64,000 nucleotides of DNA from the NCBI GenBank assembly GCA_040954595.2, contig CM082592.2:124001-188000 (forward strand), given 5' to 3'. Made by a program: the position numbers and the translations under genes. The stretch is from Balanoglossus misakiensis. Taxonomy: Eukaryota; Animalia; Hemichordata. Under the pieces are notes generated by a model. The model made no database searches, was not told the origin of the DNA, and saw nothing but the letters and a program-made list of their open reading frames with translations. Below, piece after piece: positions 1 through 14,271 of this stretch (positions are counted from its first letter, which is position 1; each line of letters starts with the position of its first letter).

Positions 1-3000
1 CAGTATGTGGTCAAAGAATTTTGGGTGACCTCAGTGACCTTTTACCTACTTTCTCATATCTTGACATCCACTGCAGGTACAGGCTTAGCATTTGGAGGGA
101 TGGAACACCTCACCGAATCCCACAATTTACCCCATTAATTATTCGCATATATAATTCCAAGCGAACCAATAGGGCTAGAGGTGTGTTTTTGTTGAATTCA
201 AAAGTTTTTGCCCAAATTTTGGATGAACTGAGGTGACTTTTAACCTACTTTACCATATCTCGGCACCAACAGTAGCTACAGCCTTGTCCTTTCGAGGGAT
301 GGGATCAAAATTAAAAGGCAAATTTTGGGGTCACCTGTGACACCTGCTTGACTCATTAATTACGTGCATACCTGATTCCAGGCCTACCAAATGGAATAGA
401 GGTCTGGTTTTTGTTGAACATGGACCAATATGGGGTCACAATCTTTTGCCAAAATTTAGGGTGACCTGACCTTTACAGGAGTTACATCCTTTGTTTTTTG
501 AGGGATGGGACAAAAATGAAAAGCTAAATTTTGGGTTAATCTGTGACACCTTCTTAACCTCATTAATTATGCACATACCTAATTCCAGGCTAACCAACAC
601 AGCTAGCAGTTCCGTTTCAGTTGGGCATGGACCAGTATGGCATCAAAATATTTTGGAGCAATTTTTTTGTGAACTTTGACCTAATTTTACAAATCTCGGC
701 ATCCAGGGCAGATACCGCTTTACTCATGTTGTCGGACACCTTACCACATTAAATTTTACGCTGACCAATAGTGGCAGAAGGGAAGCTGGGACCAGTATGG
801 GACCAAATTTTTGACAAATTTTTGGGTAACCTTGGGATGACCTTTGACCTACTTTTGCATATCTCAGCATCCAAAGCAGGTACAACCTTGGCGTTTGGAG
901 GTATGGGGCCATAATGAAAAGCCAAAGTTGTGGGGTCACCTGTGACACCTGCTTTACGCATTATTTATGTGAATACCTAATTCCGGGTTAACCAAAAGGG
1001 CTAGAGGTCTGGTTTTTGTTGGACATTGACCACTATGGGTCAAAATATTCTGCCCAAATTGTGGGTGACCCCTAGGTGACCTTTGACCTACTTAACACTA
1101 TATCAGCACCAAACATAGATATAACCTTGATATTTCATGGGATAAAACACTGCATTATGTTTCTACTCATTAATTATGTGCATATCTAATAATCAGATCA
1201 GATAATAGAGCTTGGGCCCGGACAATGCTGCTTGCAGCTTTAATTCTTTCTTTCTTTCTTTCTTTATTCTCCTGTCAATTCTTCGGCCAACGAGATCTCT
1301 GAAACTACTGCAGGTACACTGCTCAAACTTGCTACAGTGGTCAAGGTCAATGAGTAGATGTGCAGTGACTTGTGAATACTTAATTAGTCACGTGACCTGG
1401 CGGCCATATTGGATTTTCTGAAAAAATGCAAATCTCAGATCTCAGAAATTACAAGTCAGATCAACTTCAAATTTGGCATGCAGGTAGACTACCTTCTGCC
1501 CATCATTTTTGTAATCGGAAATTATGCTGTAAAAGTTGCAGTTTTTTTGCTACAATTTTTTTCCTGAAATCTGGCTTAAATTTCAAAAATCTTCTTCTCC
1601 ACAACCAGTGATAACCGAGTCACGGTGTTTGGGGTATGTGGTCACCTAACTGATGTCTATCAAGTTTGCGAAGATCATTGTGATTGGTCGAAGATTATGG
1701 CGGCCATATTGGATTTTCGAAAAACCATAGTTAAACTCCAAAAATCTTCTTCTCCAGAACGGGCGATGACTGAGTCGCAAGATTCAGGGAGTATGGTCAC
1801 TACACTAATGTCTATAATGTTTGCAAAGAGCATTGTGATTGGTCGAAGATTATGGCGGCCATATTGGATTTTGTAAAAAGCAGTGAAAAATTGAAATTCC
1901 TTTTTCTAGTCTAAAAATTGTTAGCACAGAAATTCTTTTTATGGATATGAATCATCATATGACTACAATGTGCTATAAATATTTTGGTAATTTTGGCAAT
2001 GACCTTTGACCTACTTATCACGCATTATTATTTCTGCATATCTAATTCCAGGCTAACCTATAGGGCTAGACGTTTGGTTTTTGATGCATGTGGATTAGTG
2101 TGTGATCAAAATATTTTGCTACTTTTCATGACCCCTTTGACCTCTGCTGACCTCATTAATTATGTGCATAGCTAATTACAGGCGAACCAATACAGCTAGA
2201 GGTTTGGTTTTTGTTGAACATGGACCAGTATGGGGTCAAAAATTTTTGCCCAAATGTTGGGTGACCTCTGGTGACCTTTGAGCTACTTTCGCATATCTCA
2301 ACGTCCAGACCAGATACAGCCTTGGCATTTGGCAGGATGGGACCTAAATGTAAAGCCAAATTTTTGGGTCACCTGTGACACCTGCTGACCTCATTAAATA
2401 TGCACATACCTAATTACACGCGAACCAATAGAGCTAGAGTTTTGGTTTTTGTTGGACATGGCCCAGCATGGGTCAAAATTTTTTGCCCAAATGTTGGGTG
2501 ACCTCAGGTGACCTTTGACCTACTTTACCCTATTTCAGCCGCAAAAATACACACGTCCTTGTTATGTCATGAGATAATACACCCGATAGAAAATTCTGTT
2601 TCTTCTCATTCATACTGTGCATATATAATTCAAGATCAGCGCTTGGGCCCGACAATGCTGCTCGCAGCTTTAATTCTTTCTTTCCGTCTTTCTTTATTCT
2701 TGTGTCAATTCTTTGGGCAACGAGATCTCAGACACCGCTGCAGGTACACTTCTCAAACTTGCTACAGTGGTCAAGGTCAATGAGTAGATGTGCAGTGACT
2801 TGTGAATACTTAATTAGTCACGTGACCTGGCGGCCATATTGGATTTTCTGAAAAAATGCAAATCTCAGATCTCAGAAACTACAAGTCAGATCGACTTCAA
2901 ATTTGGCATGCAGGTAGACTACCTTCTACCCATCATTTTTGTAATTGGAAATTTTGCTGTCAATGTTGCAGTTTTTTTGCTACAATTTTTTTTCTGAAAT

Positions 3001-6000
3001 CTGGCTTAAATTTCAAAAATCTTCTTCTCCAGAACCGGCGATAACCGAGACACGGGGTTTGGGGTATGTGGTCACCTAACTGATGTCTATCAAGTTTGCG
3101 AAGATCATTGTGATTGGTCGGAGATTATGGCGGCCATATTGGATTTTTGAAAAACCATAGTTAAACTCCAAAAATCTTCTTCTCCAGAACGGGCGATGAC
3201 TGAGTTGCAAGATTTGGGGAGTATGGTCACTACACTGATGTCTATCAAGTTTGCAAAGAGCATTGTGATTGGTCGAAGATTATGGCGGCCATATTGGATT
3301 TTGTAAAAAGCAGTGAAAAATTAAAATTCCTTTTTCTAGTCTAAAAATTGATAGCATACAAATTCTTTTTATCAATATCAATCGTCATATGACTACAATA
3401 TGTTACAAATTTTTGGCGAATTTTCACATGACCTTTGACCTACTTTTCACACATTATTATTTCTGCATATCTAATTCCTGGCTAACCTATAGGGCTAGAC
3501 GTTTGGTTTTTGATGCATGTGGATTAGTGTGTGATCAAAAAATTTTGCTACTTTTCATGACCCCTTTGACCTCTGCTGACCTCATTAATTATGTGCATAG
3601 CTAATTAAGGCGAACCAATAGAGGTAGAGGTTTGGTTTTTGTTGAACATGGACCAGTATGGGGTCAAAATTTTTTGCCCAAATGTCTGGTGACCTTTGGT
3701 GACCTTTGACCTACTTTCGCATATCTCAACATCCAGAGCAGATACAGCCTTGGCATTTGGCAGGATGGGATCTAAATGTATAGCCAATTTTTTGGGTCAC
3801 CTGTGACACCTGCTGACCTCATTAAATATGCACATACCTAATTACAGGCGAACCAATAGAGCTAGAGTTTTGGTTTTTGTTGGACATAGACCAGTATGGG
3901 TCAAAAAATTTTGCCCAAATGTTGGGTGACCTCAGGTGACCTTTGACCTACTTTACCCTATTTCAGCAGCAAAAATACACACGTCCTTGTTATGTCATGA
4001 GATAATACAGCCGATAGAAAATTCTGTTTCTTCTTATTCATACTGTGCATATATAATTCAAGATCAGCGCTTGGGCCCGACAATGCTGCTCGCAGCTTTA
4101 ATCTTTCTTTCTTTCTTTATTCTTGGTTCACTTCTTTCGCGCTTTAGATCTCAGACACCGCTGCAGGTACAGTTCTCAAACTTGCTACAGTGGTCAAGGT
4201 CAATGAGTAGATGTGCAGTGACTTGTGAATACTTAATTAGTCACGTGACATGGCGGCCATATTGGATTTTCTGAAAAAATGCAAATCTCAGATCTCAGAA
4301 ACTACAAGTCAGATCGAGTTCAGATTTGGCGTGCTGGTAGTATACCCTCTGCCCATCATTTTTGTAATTGGATATTTTGCTGTCAATGTTGCAGTTTTTT
4401 TGCTACAGTTGTTTTTCTGAAATCTGGTCAAAATTTCAAAAATCTTCTTCTCCAGAACCGGCGATAACCGAGTCACGCCGTTTGGGGTATGTGGTCACCT
4501 AACTGATGTCTATCAAGTTTGCGAAGATCATTGTGATTGGTCGAAGATTATGGCGGCCATATTGGATTTTCGAAAAACCATAGTAAAACTTCAAAAATCT
4601 TCTCCTCCAGAACGGGCGATAACCGAGTCACAAGATTTGGTGTGTGTGGTCATTAAACAGATGTCTATCAAGTTTGCGAAGGGGAATGTGATTGGTCGAA
4701 GATTATGGCGGCCATATTGGATTTTGTGAAAAACGATTAAAAAGTAAAAATTCCTTTTCTAGCCTAAAAATTGATAGCACAGAAATTCTTTTTATGGATA
4801 TGAATCATCATATGACAAGAATAACCTATAAATATTTTGGTAATTTTGGCAATGACCTTTGACCTACTTTTGACGCATCATTTTTCTGCATATCTAATTC
4901 CAGGCTAACCAATAGGGCTATAAGTTTGGTTTTTGATGTATGTGGATTTGTATGTGATCAAACAATTTTGCTACTTTTCATGACCCCTTTGACCTCTGCT
5001 GACCTCATTAAATATGCATATACCTAATTACAGATGAACCAATAGACCTAGAGGTTTTGTTTTTGTTATACATGGACCAGTATGGGGTCAAAATATTTTG
5101 CCCAAATGTTGGGTGACCTCGGGTGACCTTTGACCTACTTAACACTATATCAGCATCAGATCAGATAATAGAGCTTGGGCCCGGACAATGCTGCTTGCAG
5201 CTTTAATCTTTCTTTCTTTCTTTCTTTCTTTATTCTTGGTTCATTTCTTTCGCGCTCTAGATCTCAGACACCGCTGCAGGTACAGTTCTCAAACTTGCTA
5301 CAGTGGTCAAGGTCAATGAGTAGATGTGCAGTGACTTGTGAATACTTAATTAGTCACGTGACATGGCGGCCATATTGGATTTTCTGAAAAAATGCAAATC
5401 TCAGATCTCAGAAACTACAAGTCAGATCGACTTCAGATTTGGCGTGCTGGTAGTATACCCTCTACCCATCATTTTTGTAATTGGATATTTTGCTGTCAAT
5501 GTTGCAGTTTTTTTGCTACAGTTGTTTTTCTGAAATCTGGTCAAAATTTCAAAAATCTTCTTCTCCAGAACCGGCGATAACCGAGTCACGCCGTTTGGGG
5601 TATGTGGTCACCTAACTGATGTCTATCAAGTTTGCGAAGATCATTGTGATTGGTCGAAGATTATGGCGGCCATATTGGATTTTCGAAAAACCATAGTAAA
5701 ACTTCAAAAATCTTCTTCTCCAGAACGGGCGATAACCGAGTCACAAGATTTGGTGTGTGTGGTCATTAAACGGATGTCTATCAAGTTTGCGAAGGGGAAT
5801 GTGATTGGTCGAAGATTATGGCGGCCATATTGGATTTTGTGAAAAACGATTAAAAAGTAAAAATTCCTTTTCTAGCCTAAAAATTGATAGCACAGAAATT
5901 CTTTTTATGGATATGAATCATCATATGACAAGAATAACCTATAAATATTTTGATAATTTTGGCAATGACCTTTGACCTACTTTTGACGAATCATTTTTCT

Positions 6001-7966
6001 GCATATCTAATTCCAGGCTTACCAATAGGGCTATAAGTTTGGTTTTTGATGTATGTGGATTTGTATGTGATCAAAAAATTTTGCTACTTTTCATGACCCC
6101 TTTGACCTCTGGTGACCTCATTAAATATGCATATACCTAATTACAGATGAACCAATAGACCTAGAGGTTTTGCTTTTGTTATACATGGACCAGTATGGGG
6201 TCAAAATATTTTGCCCAAATGTTGGGTGACCTCGGGTGACTTTTGACCTACTTAACACTATATTAGCATCAGATCAGATAATAGAGCTTGGGCCCGGACA
6301 ATGCTGCTTGCAGCTTTAATTTTTTATTATTATTATTATTATTCTTCCCACTCTTAAAAACAGCCGCTATTCGAAGACCGTTGCACCCAATGACTTGAAA
6401 TTTGGCTCATAGGTAAAACTCAAAGCAAGTAATTTTCTGATCATGTAACTATGGCAACAGGTCACATGACCTGGCAGCCATCTTGGATTGAAAGTTTAAA
6501 ATTGATCTCATTTGCATAAAAAATGACGAATCAAAATTCTTTGAACAAACTTTGTGGACCATATGGCCAGGGTCCTATATGCAAAATTTCAATGTTCAAG
6601 TCTTTGCCGATTTTGAGGAGATGATTTTTAAAGCATTATTTTTCATATTTTTCAAGACCATTGGACCCAGCCTTAGGCCTATACTTTCCATAGTTAAGCT
6701 ATGGCCACCTTGGATCTTAGATTTATGCCCAATATCTCAACATCCGCCGGGCTGATCAGCTTCAAATTTATTGTGCAGCTAGCCTACCTTCCAACAATCA
6801 GTTCCAACTGGAAAAAATAATATGAAAAATCGACCGATTTTTTTATATTAATTTTTTTATGAAATCTATACCTATACGTATTCCACTATAGTTAAGCTAT
6901 GGCCAAGTCGTTTTGTAGAATTCTGGTTGGTGCAATAGTCCTATCGGCCAGTGTGCAGCATAGGACCACAAAAAGAAGCCAAATTAATTCAAGGGTCACC
7001 TGTGACACCTGCCTAACTCATTAATTATGTGCATACCTAATTCGAGGCAAACCAATAGGGCTACAGGTCTGATTTTTGTTAGACATGGACCAGTATGGGG
7101 TCAATTTATCCCCCAAAATTTGGGGTGACCTTGAGTGACCTTTGACCTTCTTCCGCATATCTCGGCATCCAGAGCAGGTACAGCTTAGGTGTTTGGGTGG
7201 ATGGTACCAAAATAAGAAGCCAAATTCAAGGGTCACCTGTGACACCTGCCTAACTCATTAATTATGTGCATACCTAATTCCAGGCAAACCAATAGGGCTA
7301 CAGGTCTGATTTTTGTTGGACATGAACCAGTATGGGGTCAAATTATCCCCCAAAATTTGGGGTGACCTTGGGTGACCTTTGACCTACTTCCTCATATCTC
7401 GGCATTTACAGCAGGTACAGCTTAGGTGTTTGGGTGGATGGTACCAAAATAAGAAGCCAAAATTTAGGGTCACCTGTGACACCTGCATAACTCATTAATT
7501 ATGTGCAAACCTAATTCCAGCCAAACTAACAGGGCTACAGGTCTTGTGTTTGTTGGATATGTACCACTAGGGGATCAAATTGTTTTGCCCAAATTTCGGG
7601 TGACCTTGGGTGACCTTTGACCTACTTCCGCATATCTCGGCATCCACAGCAGGTACAGCTTAGGTGTTTGGGAGGATGGTACCAAAATAAGTAGCCAAAA
7701 TTTAGGACCACCTGTGACACCTGCCTAACTATGTGCATAACTAAGTACACACGAACCAATAGGGCTAGATGTGTGGTTTTTATTGGACATGGACCAATAT
7801 AGTGTCAAAATTTTCTGCTCATATTTAGGGTGACCTCACATGACGTTTGACCAACTTTCCCACATCCTCCACCCTGACTAATTAAATATGCACATATCTA
7901 TCTCCAGGCGAACCAATAGGGCTAGCAGTGTCTCGAAACCCGCTTATTGCTGTTCACAGCTATATT
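1..7966 (+). mobile_element. Stacked array of non-autonomous Helentron-type elements (HINE/DINE-1-like) with internal ~237-bp satellite
   Basis: 3' end motif TTGGGCCC + GCTGC-TY-GCAGC hairpin + TT recurs at 1212, 2643, 4071, 5175, 6288 (periods 1431, 1428, 1104, 1113). Each is followed by a (TTTC)n/(TTA)n microsatellite. The last unit is a different family ending in GCTGTTCACAGC (7949-60). Confidence 0.75.
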
Positions 7967-8078
7967 TATTATTATTATTATTATTTCTATTTTTGTGTTT
8001 GTACAACATCAGTGAAGTATAAATCATAATAAAAAAAATGATAATTATCATTATTAACTGCTATAGATTCAAACTTAC

Positions 8079-8201
8079 TTGTCTCACACCTGTTTCCCTA
8101 GTAACACTCTGTGCACATGCCAATGGTGGCAGTACAAGAATTTGCCTGTTGTTGGCAGGTACCTCCATTGAGACAAGGACTAGTGAAGCATGGATTAGGA
8201 A
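8079..8201 (-). pseudogene. 8-Cys EGF-like exon with in-frame TAG (8098-8100)
   Basis: PNPCFTSPCLNGGTCQQQANSCTATIGMCTECY*GNRCET; tccag/gtaagt. Confidence 0.82.
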
Positions 8202-8431
8202 CTGGAAGACAGGAATTCAAAATTTTATACAACAGTTACCTATGGTAACACCAGTACACGTTCATTATTTCTCTGTTATGTTTTTATACTGGTGATTTTA
8301 CTGTTTTTATTACCGATCATATGACTGACTTAAAGATGATGATGATGATGATAATGACTACACCTGCTATTATTACTACAATGTACCTCAGCACTTAGAT
8401 TTTTTAATAAATGACAAAGTACTGTACTCAC

Positions 8432-8561
8432 GTGTTTCACATGTGAAGCCCAGGTAGCAGCCAGCACATAGACATGTGACGCCTGTACAAGATCCCTGGA
8501 TTGCTTGGCAAGTACCAGCATTCCGGCATGGGTTAAGGTTTGTGTTCGCACGGATTCATTG
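8432..8561 (-). pseudogene. 8-Cys EGF-like exon, frameshifted
   Basis: MNPCEHKP/NPCRNAGTCQAIQGSCTGVTCLCAGCYLGFTCET; tgcag/gtgagt; 130 bp. Confidence 0.8.
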
Positions 8562-9381
8562 CTGCAAATGTACACAATATTTACAAAATAAAACAGTATA
8601 CAACTGTAAGTATTTATAATCATCAATTGTGAATATCACACCAATCAAGGCCTTTTAATGCACCCTGATTGCTGAGAGCTGAAATACGTGAACCAACGTG
8701 TATTTGTTTTCACTACTATATCACATGACATTCTGCATTTCTTTTCCATAGTTGGAGTCTGCACCCAACATTGTATTCCGGGGTAGCACTACCCGGAACC
8801 CCGAAACTTTTTCGTCATCATCCGAGTACTTTTCCCAGCATGCAGTTGCCAAGAAGGCTGCACAGGGAGTTTTTAATTTTGCACTGGTATACAATTTTTT
8901 TATTCGTCAATTTCACAGACACGTGCATTGCACATCAAAATTTTGCGTCAGAAGTGAGGACAACTTAACTAGGTACCAATGCAATGTGGTTTTAGGCGGA
9001 TTTGAACTTTTCCTTTAATGTAACAGTTGTATTGACATGCGATTATCATACTGAACATGAAGCAATCTCAAAATTGCTAAAAATAAAATAATTCAGAACA
9101 TTTAGATTCTACAATGGTGAAAAAATATGACAAACCTTCCAAAATTCTTATTTTTGAGGCCATTTTACAAAAATCTACGAGCCTGGCAAAATCTGAAAGA
9201 GGTGCTAGATAAAGGGCGCTTTTTCAAAACTCTAGATGGTTGACCCCCAATTTTTATTCCATAGATTAAATGTTTAGAAGTCATAGTATCATCAGTATTA
9301 ATTTTAACATGATCAGACGACCCTTTATTTCGAGGTGCGCAACACCTTAAATATGTTTTTACGACTAAGACGACTACAAAC

Positions 9382-9598
9382 CTGGTAGAAGGGGAGTACA
9401 TGTTGTTGATGGTCCCAGAGAGTAGGTTCTTGATGTGCAGGCAAGTGGGTGATGTTGCTGCACACTGACAGCCTGGATCGCAAGGGGTACAGGATACTTC
9501 TGTGGCTGTGTCAGCATAATAACTTGATGGACAAGGAATGGGGCTGTCTGACCCATCTGGACAGTAGTTACCTACGCCGCAATCAGCACATGTCATGT
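9382..9598 (-). pseudogene. GCC2/GCC3-type exon, frameshifted
   Basis: MTCADCGVGNYCPDGSDSPIPCPSSYYADTATEVSCTPCDPGCQCAATSPT/ACTSRTYSLGPSTTCTPLLP; 217 bp. Confidence 0.8.
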
Positions 9599-9774
9599 CT
9601 GTAGAATAACAGCAGCTTGTGTAGTGAGTGTTTTGCCGATATGACAGAGTTCAAGTATGCTTATTTGGTTAAATTTTAAAAGGAATATCACCCGCTGTTT
9701 TAGAGTTAATATTGCGAAAGGGACTTCATAAGTTGTCTGAAAACACCAGTTTCCCCAATTTTCACTAATGTATA

Positions 9775-10433
9775 GGAATACATGAGAAGTCAGCCAGTAC
9801 GCGCGTATGAGAAGTCGGCCAGTACGAGAAGTCGGCCAGTTGTTGAACTTGTACCCGAATAGTGCAGTGATGACCCAGATTACTTATAACAACACTTAAT
9901 ACAATATAATTGCACTAAATATTTTCATTTGGACGGATTTCCCAAATTCTTGACAACACAATGGCGTCATTTCAAATAATGGCGTCTGGCATCCGTACCA
10001 GTTCCCCAGCCCCGTATCCGCGTAAGGAGCTTAGGTTGTTCGCCAAATTCCTGTGACATTTCTGATTAAAGGGAGTTGTTTCAAAGCCTACTAAAATACA
10101 TAGAAGATGTATGTGTATATTCATACTTTCTGAGACAACACCAAACAAACAAACAAACAAACAAACAAACGTGACAAGGAACAGACTACTGGCGCAGCTC
10201 AAGAAGTGCAGGTGACTGATGTTGACGTACCCCGGTGACGTACATGAAAAGTGAACAGACAGTTTTAAAATTCATCGGCTATTTGTACAAATATCTCAGC
10301 TCCTGTACATCAAGGAAACATTTCGTAGTGAAACAGTTATATATAACACAAAGTACCAGGGTTCTCTCCCACAGGCCGACTTCTCGTACTGGCCGATACC
10401 GACTTCTCATACTGGTCGACTTCTCAGGACACC
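9775..10433. mobile_element. MITE with GAGAAGTCGGCCAGTA subterminal repeats (possibly MULE-type)
   Basis: Inverted clusters of the motif at 9782-9840 and 10371-10428; flanking direct repeat ATGTATA. Confidence 0.65.
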
Positions 10434-10545
10434 ATGTATAGCATAGCTGTTGAACTAAAAAAATATGTAAAACTACAAGTGATGTAAACAACTTGTGGAA
10501 CCATGTTCAAATCGAGACCAGAAGAAAAGAGATTTCAAGACTTAC

Positions 10546-10642
10546 CTTCTTCAACACTTTACTGCCCTGTAGCGCACTGTGTGACACTTGTAGTTGTGCA
10601 TTCATAACCAGAAGGACGTGGCCGAACCTAGCGAGTATGAAC
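10546..10642 (-). pseudogene. GCC2/GCC3-type exon with deletion and TAA (10559-61)
   Basis: GSYSLGSA/RPSGYECTTTSVTQCATGQ*SVEE. Confidence 0.72.
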
Positions 10643-10867
10643 CTATCACAGAAAAAATTCAAAGAACGATTAGTTTGGTCCAACGATCCCTTATTAGAGA
10701 GATGTCCGTAATCACAGGTGTTACTGTACAATACCTCTTCAGTGGAATCATTGTGTTTTTCAAAGTGCATCACAATATCAACTCCAATGAGCATAACAGT
10801 TTAATTTTCTGTGTATGTCATGCTATAACACAGGGAAGTCACAAGAGTAATTTGCAGCCCAACTTAC

Positions 10868-11065
10868 CAGTAACTGTTGAACAATCAACTACGGGTGACA
10901 TGGTTGGACACTTGGATCCTGCTGGACAAGGCGTGCATGTGCCGTCGCCTTCCATAGCATATTCACCATTGCCACAGTCAAGCGGATCTTACATTGGATC
11001 TGAACACGATTGTCCAGCAGGGCACAGAAGACGGGATGTGCGTGCAGGCTCCTCACTTATTTCAT
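10868..11065 (-). pseudogene. GCC2/GCC3-type exon with in-frame TAA (10989-91)
   Basis: ...LCPAGQSCSDPM*DPLDCGNGEYAMEGDGTCTPCPAGSKCPTMSPVVDCSTVT. Confidence 0.8.
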
Positions 11066-11317
11066 CTGATTAAAGAAAATGAGGTTTTTAGTGAAGTATT
11101 TGTGATACAGTGTCATTTAAAATAACAAATTACTTGATATGATTCACTTCATAATTCTGAGACAAGTATACGGGCAAGTAGAAAATTCTTTGGAGGACAT
11201 TAAACGTCATTTCTAATCAACCATTTTCTGAATATCATAAGACTCTGCGAGATCTCACATGGCTAACCGGGTCTCGCAAGATTTCGCACTGAGTTGATAA
11301 TCTGTTGTAAACACATA

Positions 11318-11928
11318 CCGTAGTTGCCCGGGTAAGAACCCCTGCTCGAACAAACGCCCCCCCTGGTTTTAGGGCCCATTTGTAGATCGAGGCCATATCC
11401 GGTCTAAAGCCCCCCCCCCCCCCCCCGGCCAAATATCCATTAAATTCTTGGAAATTTAATAAAGTGCAATGCAAAAAAGGCGGATTTTCATCCCCAAAGT
11501 CACTAAAAGTGAAAAAAAAATGTATGATGATTTACTTTCGCGCTGATTATCGTACCCACCGCGGCCGACTGGCCACGCTGAGTTATATATAGACGCTCTA
11601 GAAAACATGACCTCAGACAGGTCCCTCGGGACCGTGCCTCGAATTCAACGATCACGTAGATGGACGCGCTGCCGCGTGTGAGGTCACCGGGGAGCTTTCC
11701 AAAGCGGCCGCGTGGAGCTGCTTCAGTCCGTCCTCGACGCGAAACACCCAACACTGGAAGATCCCGACTTGGACTCGGAGAATGAACCGCTCAAAAATTT
11801 GCATAAAAGTCGAGGTGGCCATCCCTCATTTGCATAAATCTCGAGGCCATATCCGGGCTAAAGCCCCCCCCTGTTTTTTCGCTAATCTGTTGGCCCAGCA
11901 CCCGGGGCTCTTACCCGGGCAACTATGG
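11318..11928. mobile_element. Tc1/mariner (pogo-like) MITE
   Basis: TIR CCRTAGTTGCCCGGGTAAGA, TA on both sides. Confidence 0.8.
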
Positions 11929-12061
11929 TACATACATACATACACACACACACATAACCCCAGTCGCACTGACTTGAAAATCTGTTGTAAACACATACAT
12001 GCATACACACATACCACTCAGTTTCATCACACAGCAAACTGAACAAGTACCACAATCTTAC

Positions 12062-12195
12062 CATTTGTACATCTGGTACAGTTTGTTGCACCAGCCAATG
12101 ACACGTAACCCTTGGTACACTTGAATTGCGATGCACTGGGATCTGTGCAGGCGTACCCTTGCTCACAAATAGTACACTGTTCAGCACCGGCTGAT
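12062..12195 (-). pseudogene. GCC2/GCC3-type Cys-rich exon (frame open)
   Basis: SAGAEQCTICEQGYACTDPSASQFKCTKGYVSLAGATNCTRCTN; ttacag/gtaag. Confidence 0.8.
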
Positions 12196-12449
12196 CTGTA
12201 AATCAAACAAAGAATTTACACACCAAGTTAACCTTTGAATACCACTGTAAAAAATTGGCGCAAATTTTAATTATTTTCATAAATAGAGGTCTATTCAAAT
12301 TTGGAAAAATTGTCATTTTTTCATTCATATATTATATCAGTAAATTTTAAATACAGAAATGGAAAATGTTCCCATCCTATTTTTCAGTTAGTAAATTACC
12401 TGACCTAATGTTTGATGTTGGAAATAAAGGTTGGTGGGTAGAAATTTAC

Positions 12450-12580
12450 CTGTTATGCAAGAGGTACAGCGAGACATCCTTTGTCCAAGGCCGAACTGTA
12501 ATAACCAGCCGAGCATAAAATCACAGTGTTACCATTTGGACATTGGTTACCAGCTGGGCAATCAGCACATGATGTTTGTG
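12450..12580 (-). pseudogene. GCC2/GCC3-type Cys-rich exon, frameshifted
   Basis: QTSCADCPAGNQCPNGNTVILCSAGYYSSA/GQRMSRCTSCIT. Confidence 0.78.
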
Positions 12581-12959
12581 CTGAAAATAAACAGAGATTT
12601 ATAGAATCTTATAGTCACAGTCATACCTTCAAAGACGTGGGATTCTCACGCGGGTTGGGGACACAAAAATCCCTGGCAAAAGATTGAGGACAGGAAAATG
12701 CCAAACCAGAGATATTGGTAACAGAAACTGTATACAGTCAATGCCATATGGCAGTGTGCTGCTCTAACAACAGACAAGAATGTGACGATCATAGTCTGTG
12801 TCGGAGATTTGGAAAAGAGCAAATTCGGTGAAAAGACGGGACAAAACAAAAGTCTACTTATACGATGCACATGAAAACTGGATGAAAGCGAAGCAGTCCG
12901 CTATTTGAATGCATTGGATGTAAAATTGGCAGAATATTTGGACTGGACGTAATGTTTGT

Positions 12960-14271
12960 ATGGGGTGCCATGTGTTAACTTATTATTTAGCTAAATTATT
13001 TGTTCAAAAGTCGTTATTTAACATACTTATATGTATGTAATTATAGATTTGCAAACCATTTAAGTCCTGACAATTTATTTATAAATAATTTCAAGTCGAT
13101 TCAATTATATACATAAAATGTATTTTATGCTCTTTTATTTATATATAATAAATTATTTATAAACAATGTCAGTGTCAGTCTATTATATATATATCATGAG
13201 TGATGTACATAATTATTTATATTTAATTAATTATTTATAAACAAAAAAATTTAAGTGTATTATAAAAAGCTGATCGATAGCTCTACATTGTGGTCTCCGA
13301 GGTCAAAGGTTGGCCGGTCATGACAATGCCATTATTAAAATAGGGGCCAGTCTTCAAGACGTGAATCTACCAGCCTCCAAACCAGGAACTGGCGACCCGC
13401 CGTTTGTTTCCAACGCCAAATTTGATTCTAATGTTGAATTTACGAGAAAACAATTTATCTGACCTGTAGTTTTTTGGCTCACTTACGTTTTGATGACTGG
13501 CCCCTATTTTAATAATGGTACCGCCATGACCGGCCAACCTTTGACCTCAGAGACCACAATGTAGAGCTATCGATCAGCTTTTTGCGTTTCAATCAAACAT
13601 TGCAATCACGGGCTAAAATCACTAACTAGTTGATACCTTTTTCGGTGTTTCATCTAACCTTTGAAAGGAGTATAATAAAAATGAAATGACCACACGTAAT
13701 GTGCATTTCTTGTTCACGTGTGGGGACTATATGTGTGCGTAATGATCCAAATGCAAGGGGTTGTGTGAACAGGCCTTAAATAATGAGTTTGCGTTAAATA
13801 ATGAGTTTGCGTTAAATAATAAGTTGACAAACGGCGCGAGTGCATTTTTTCATGGTTTAGAAATCACTTATTTATATATAATTCATTATATAATGTAAAT
13901 CACTCATGATATATATATAATAGACTTGCACTTAAATTATTTATAAATCACTCATGATATATATATAATACACTTAAATTTTTTTTTATTTATAAATTAT
14001 TAATTATATATAAATAATTATGTACATCACTCATGATATATATATAATAGACTGACACTGACATTGTTTATAAATAATTTATTATATATAAATAAAAGAG
14101 CATAAAAATACATTTTATGTATATAATTGAATCGACTTGAAATTATTTATAAATAAATTGTCAGGACTTAAATGGTTTGCAAATCTATAATTACATACAT
14201 ATAAGTATGTTAAATAACGACTTTTGAACAAATAATTTAGCTAAATAATAAGTTAACACATGGCACCCCAT
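12960..14271. mobile_element. Long-TIR (foldback) non-autonomous DNA transposon
   Basis: ~290-bp near-perfect AT-rich TIRs starting ATGGGGTGCCATGTG; 8-bp TSD ATGTTTGT. Confidence 0.85.

Noticed and set aside
1-7966. CRISPR-like or coding repeat array (repeated short ORFs MQISDLRNYK..., MTFDLL...)
   Set aside because: Whole units repeat with no unique spacers, there are no cas genes, and the context is eukaryotic; the ORFs are by-products of the repeats.
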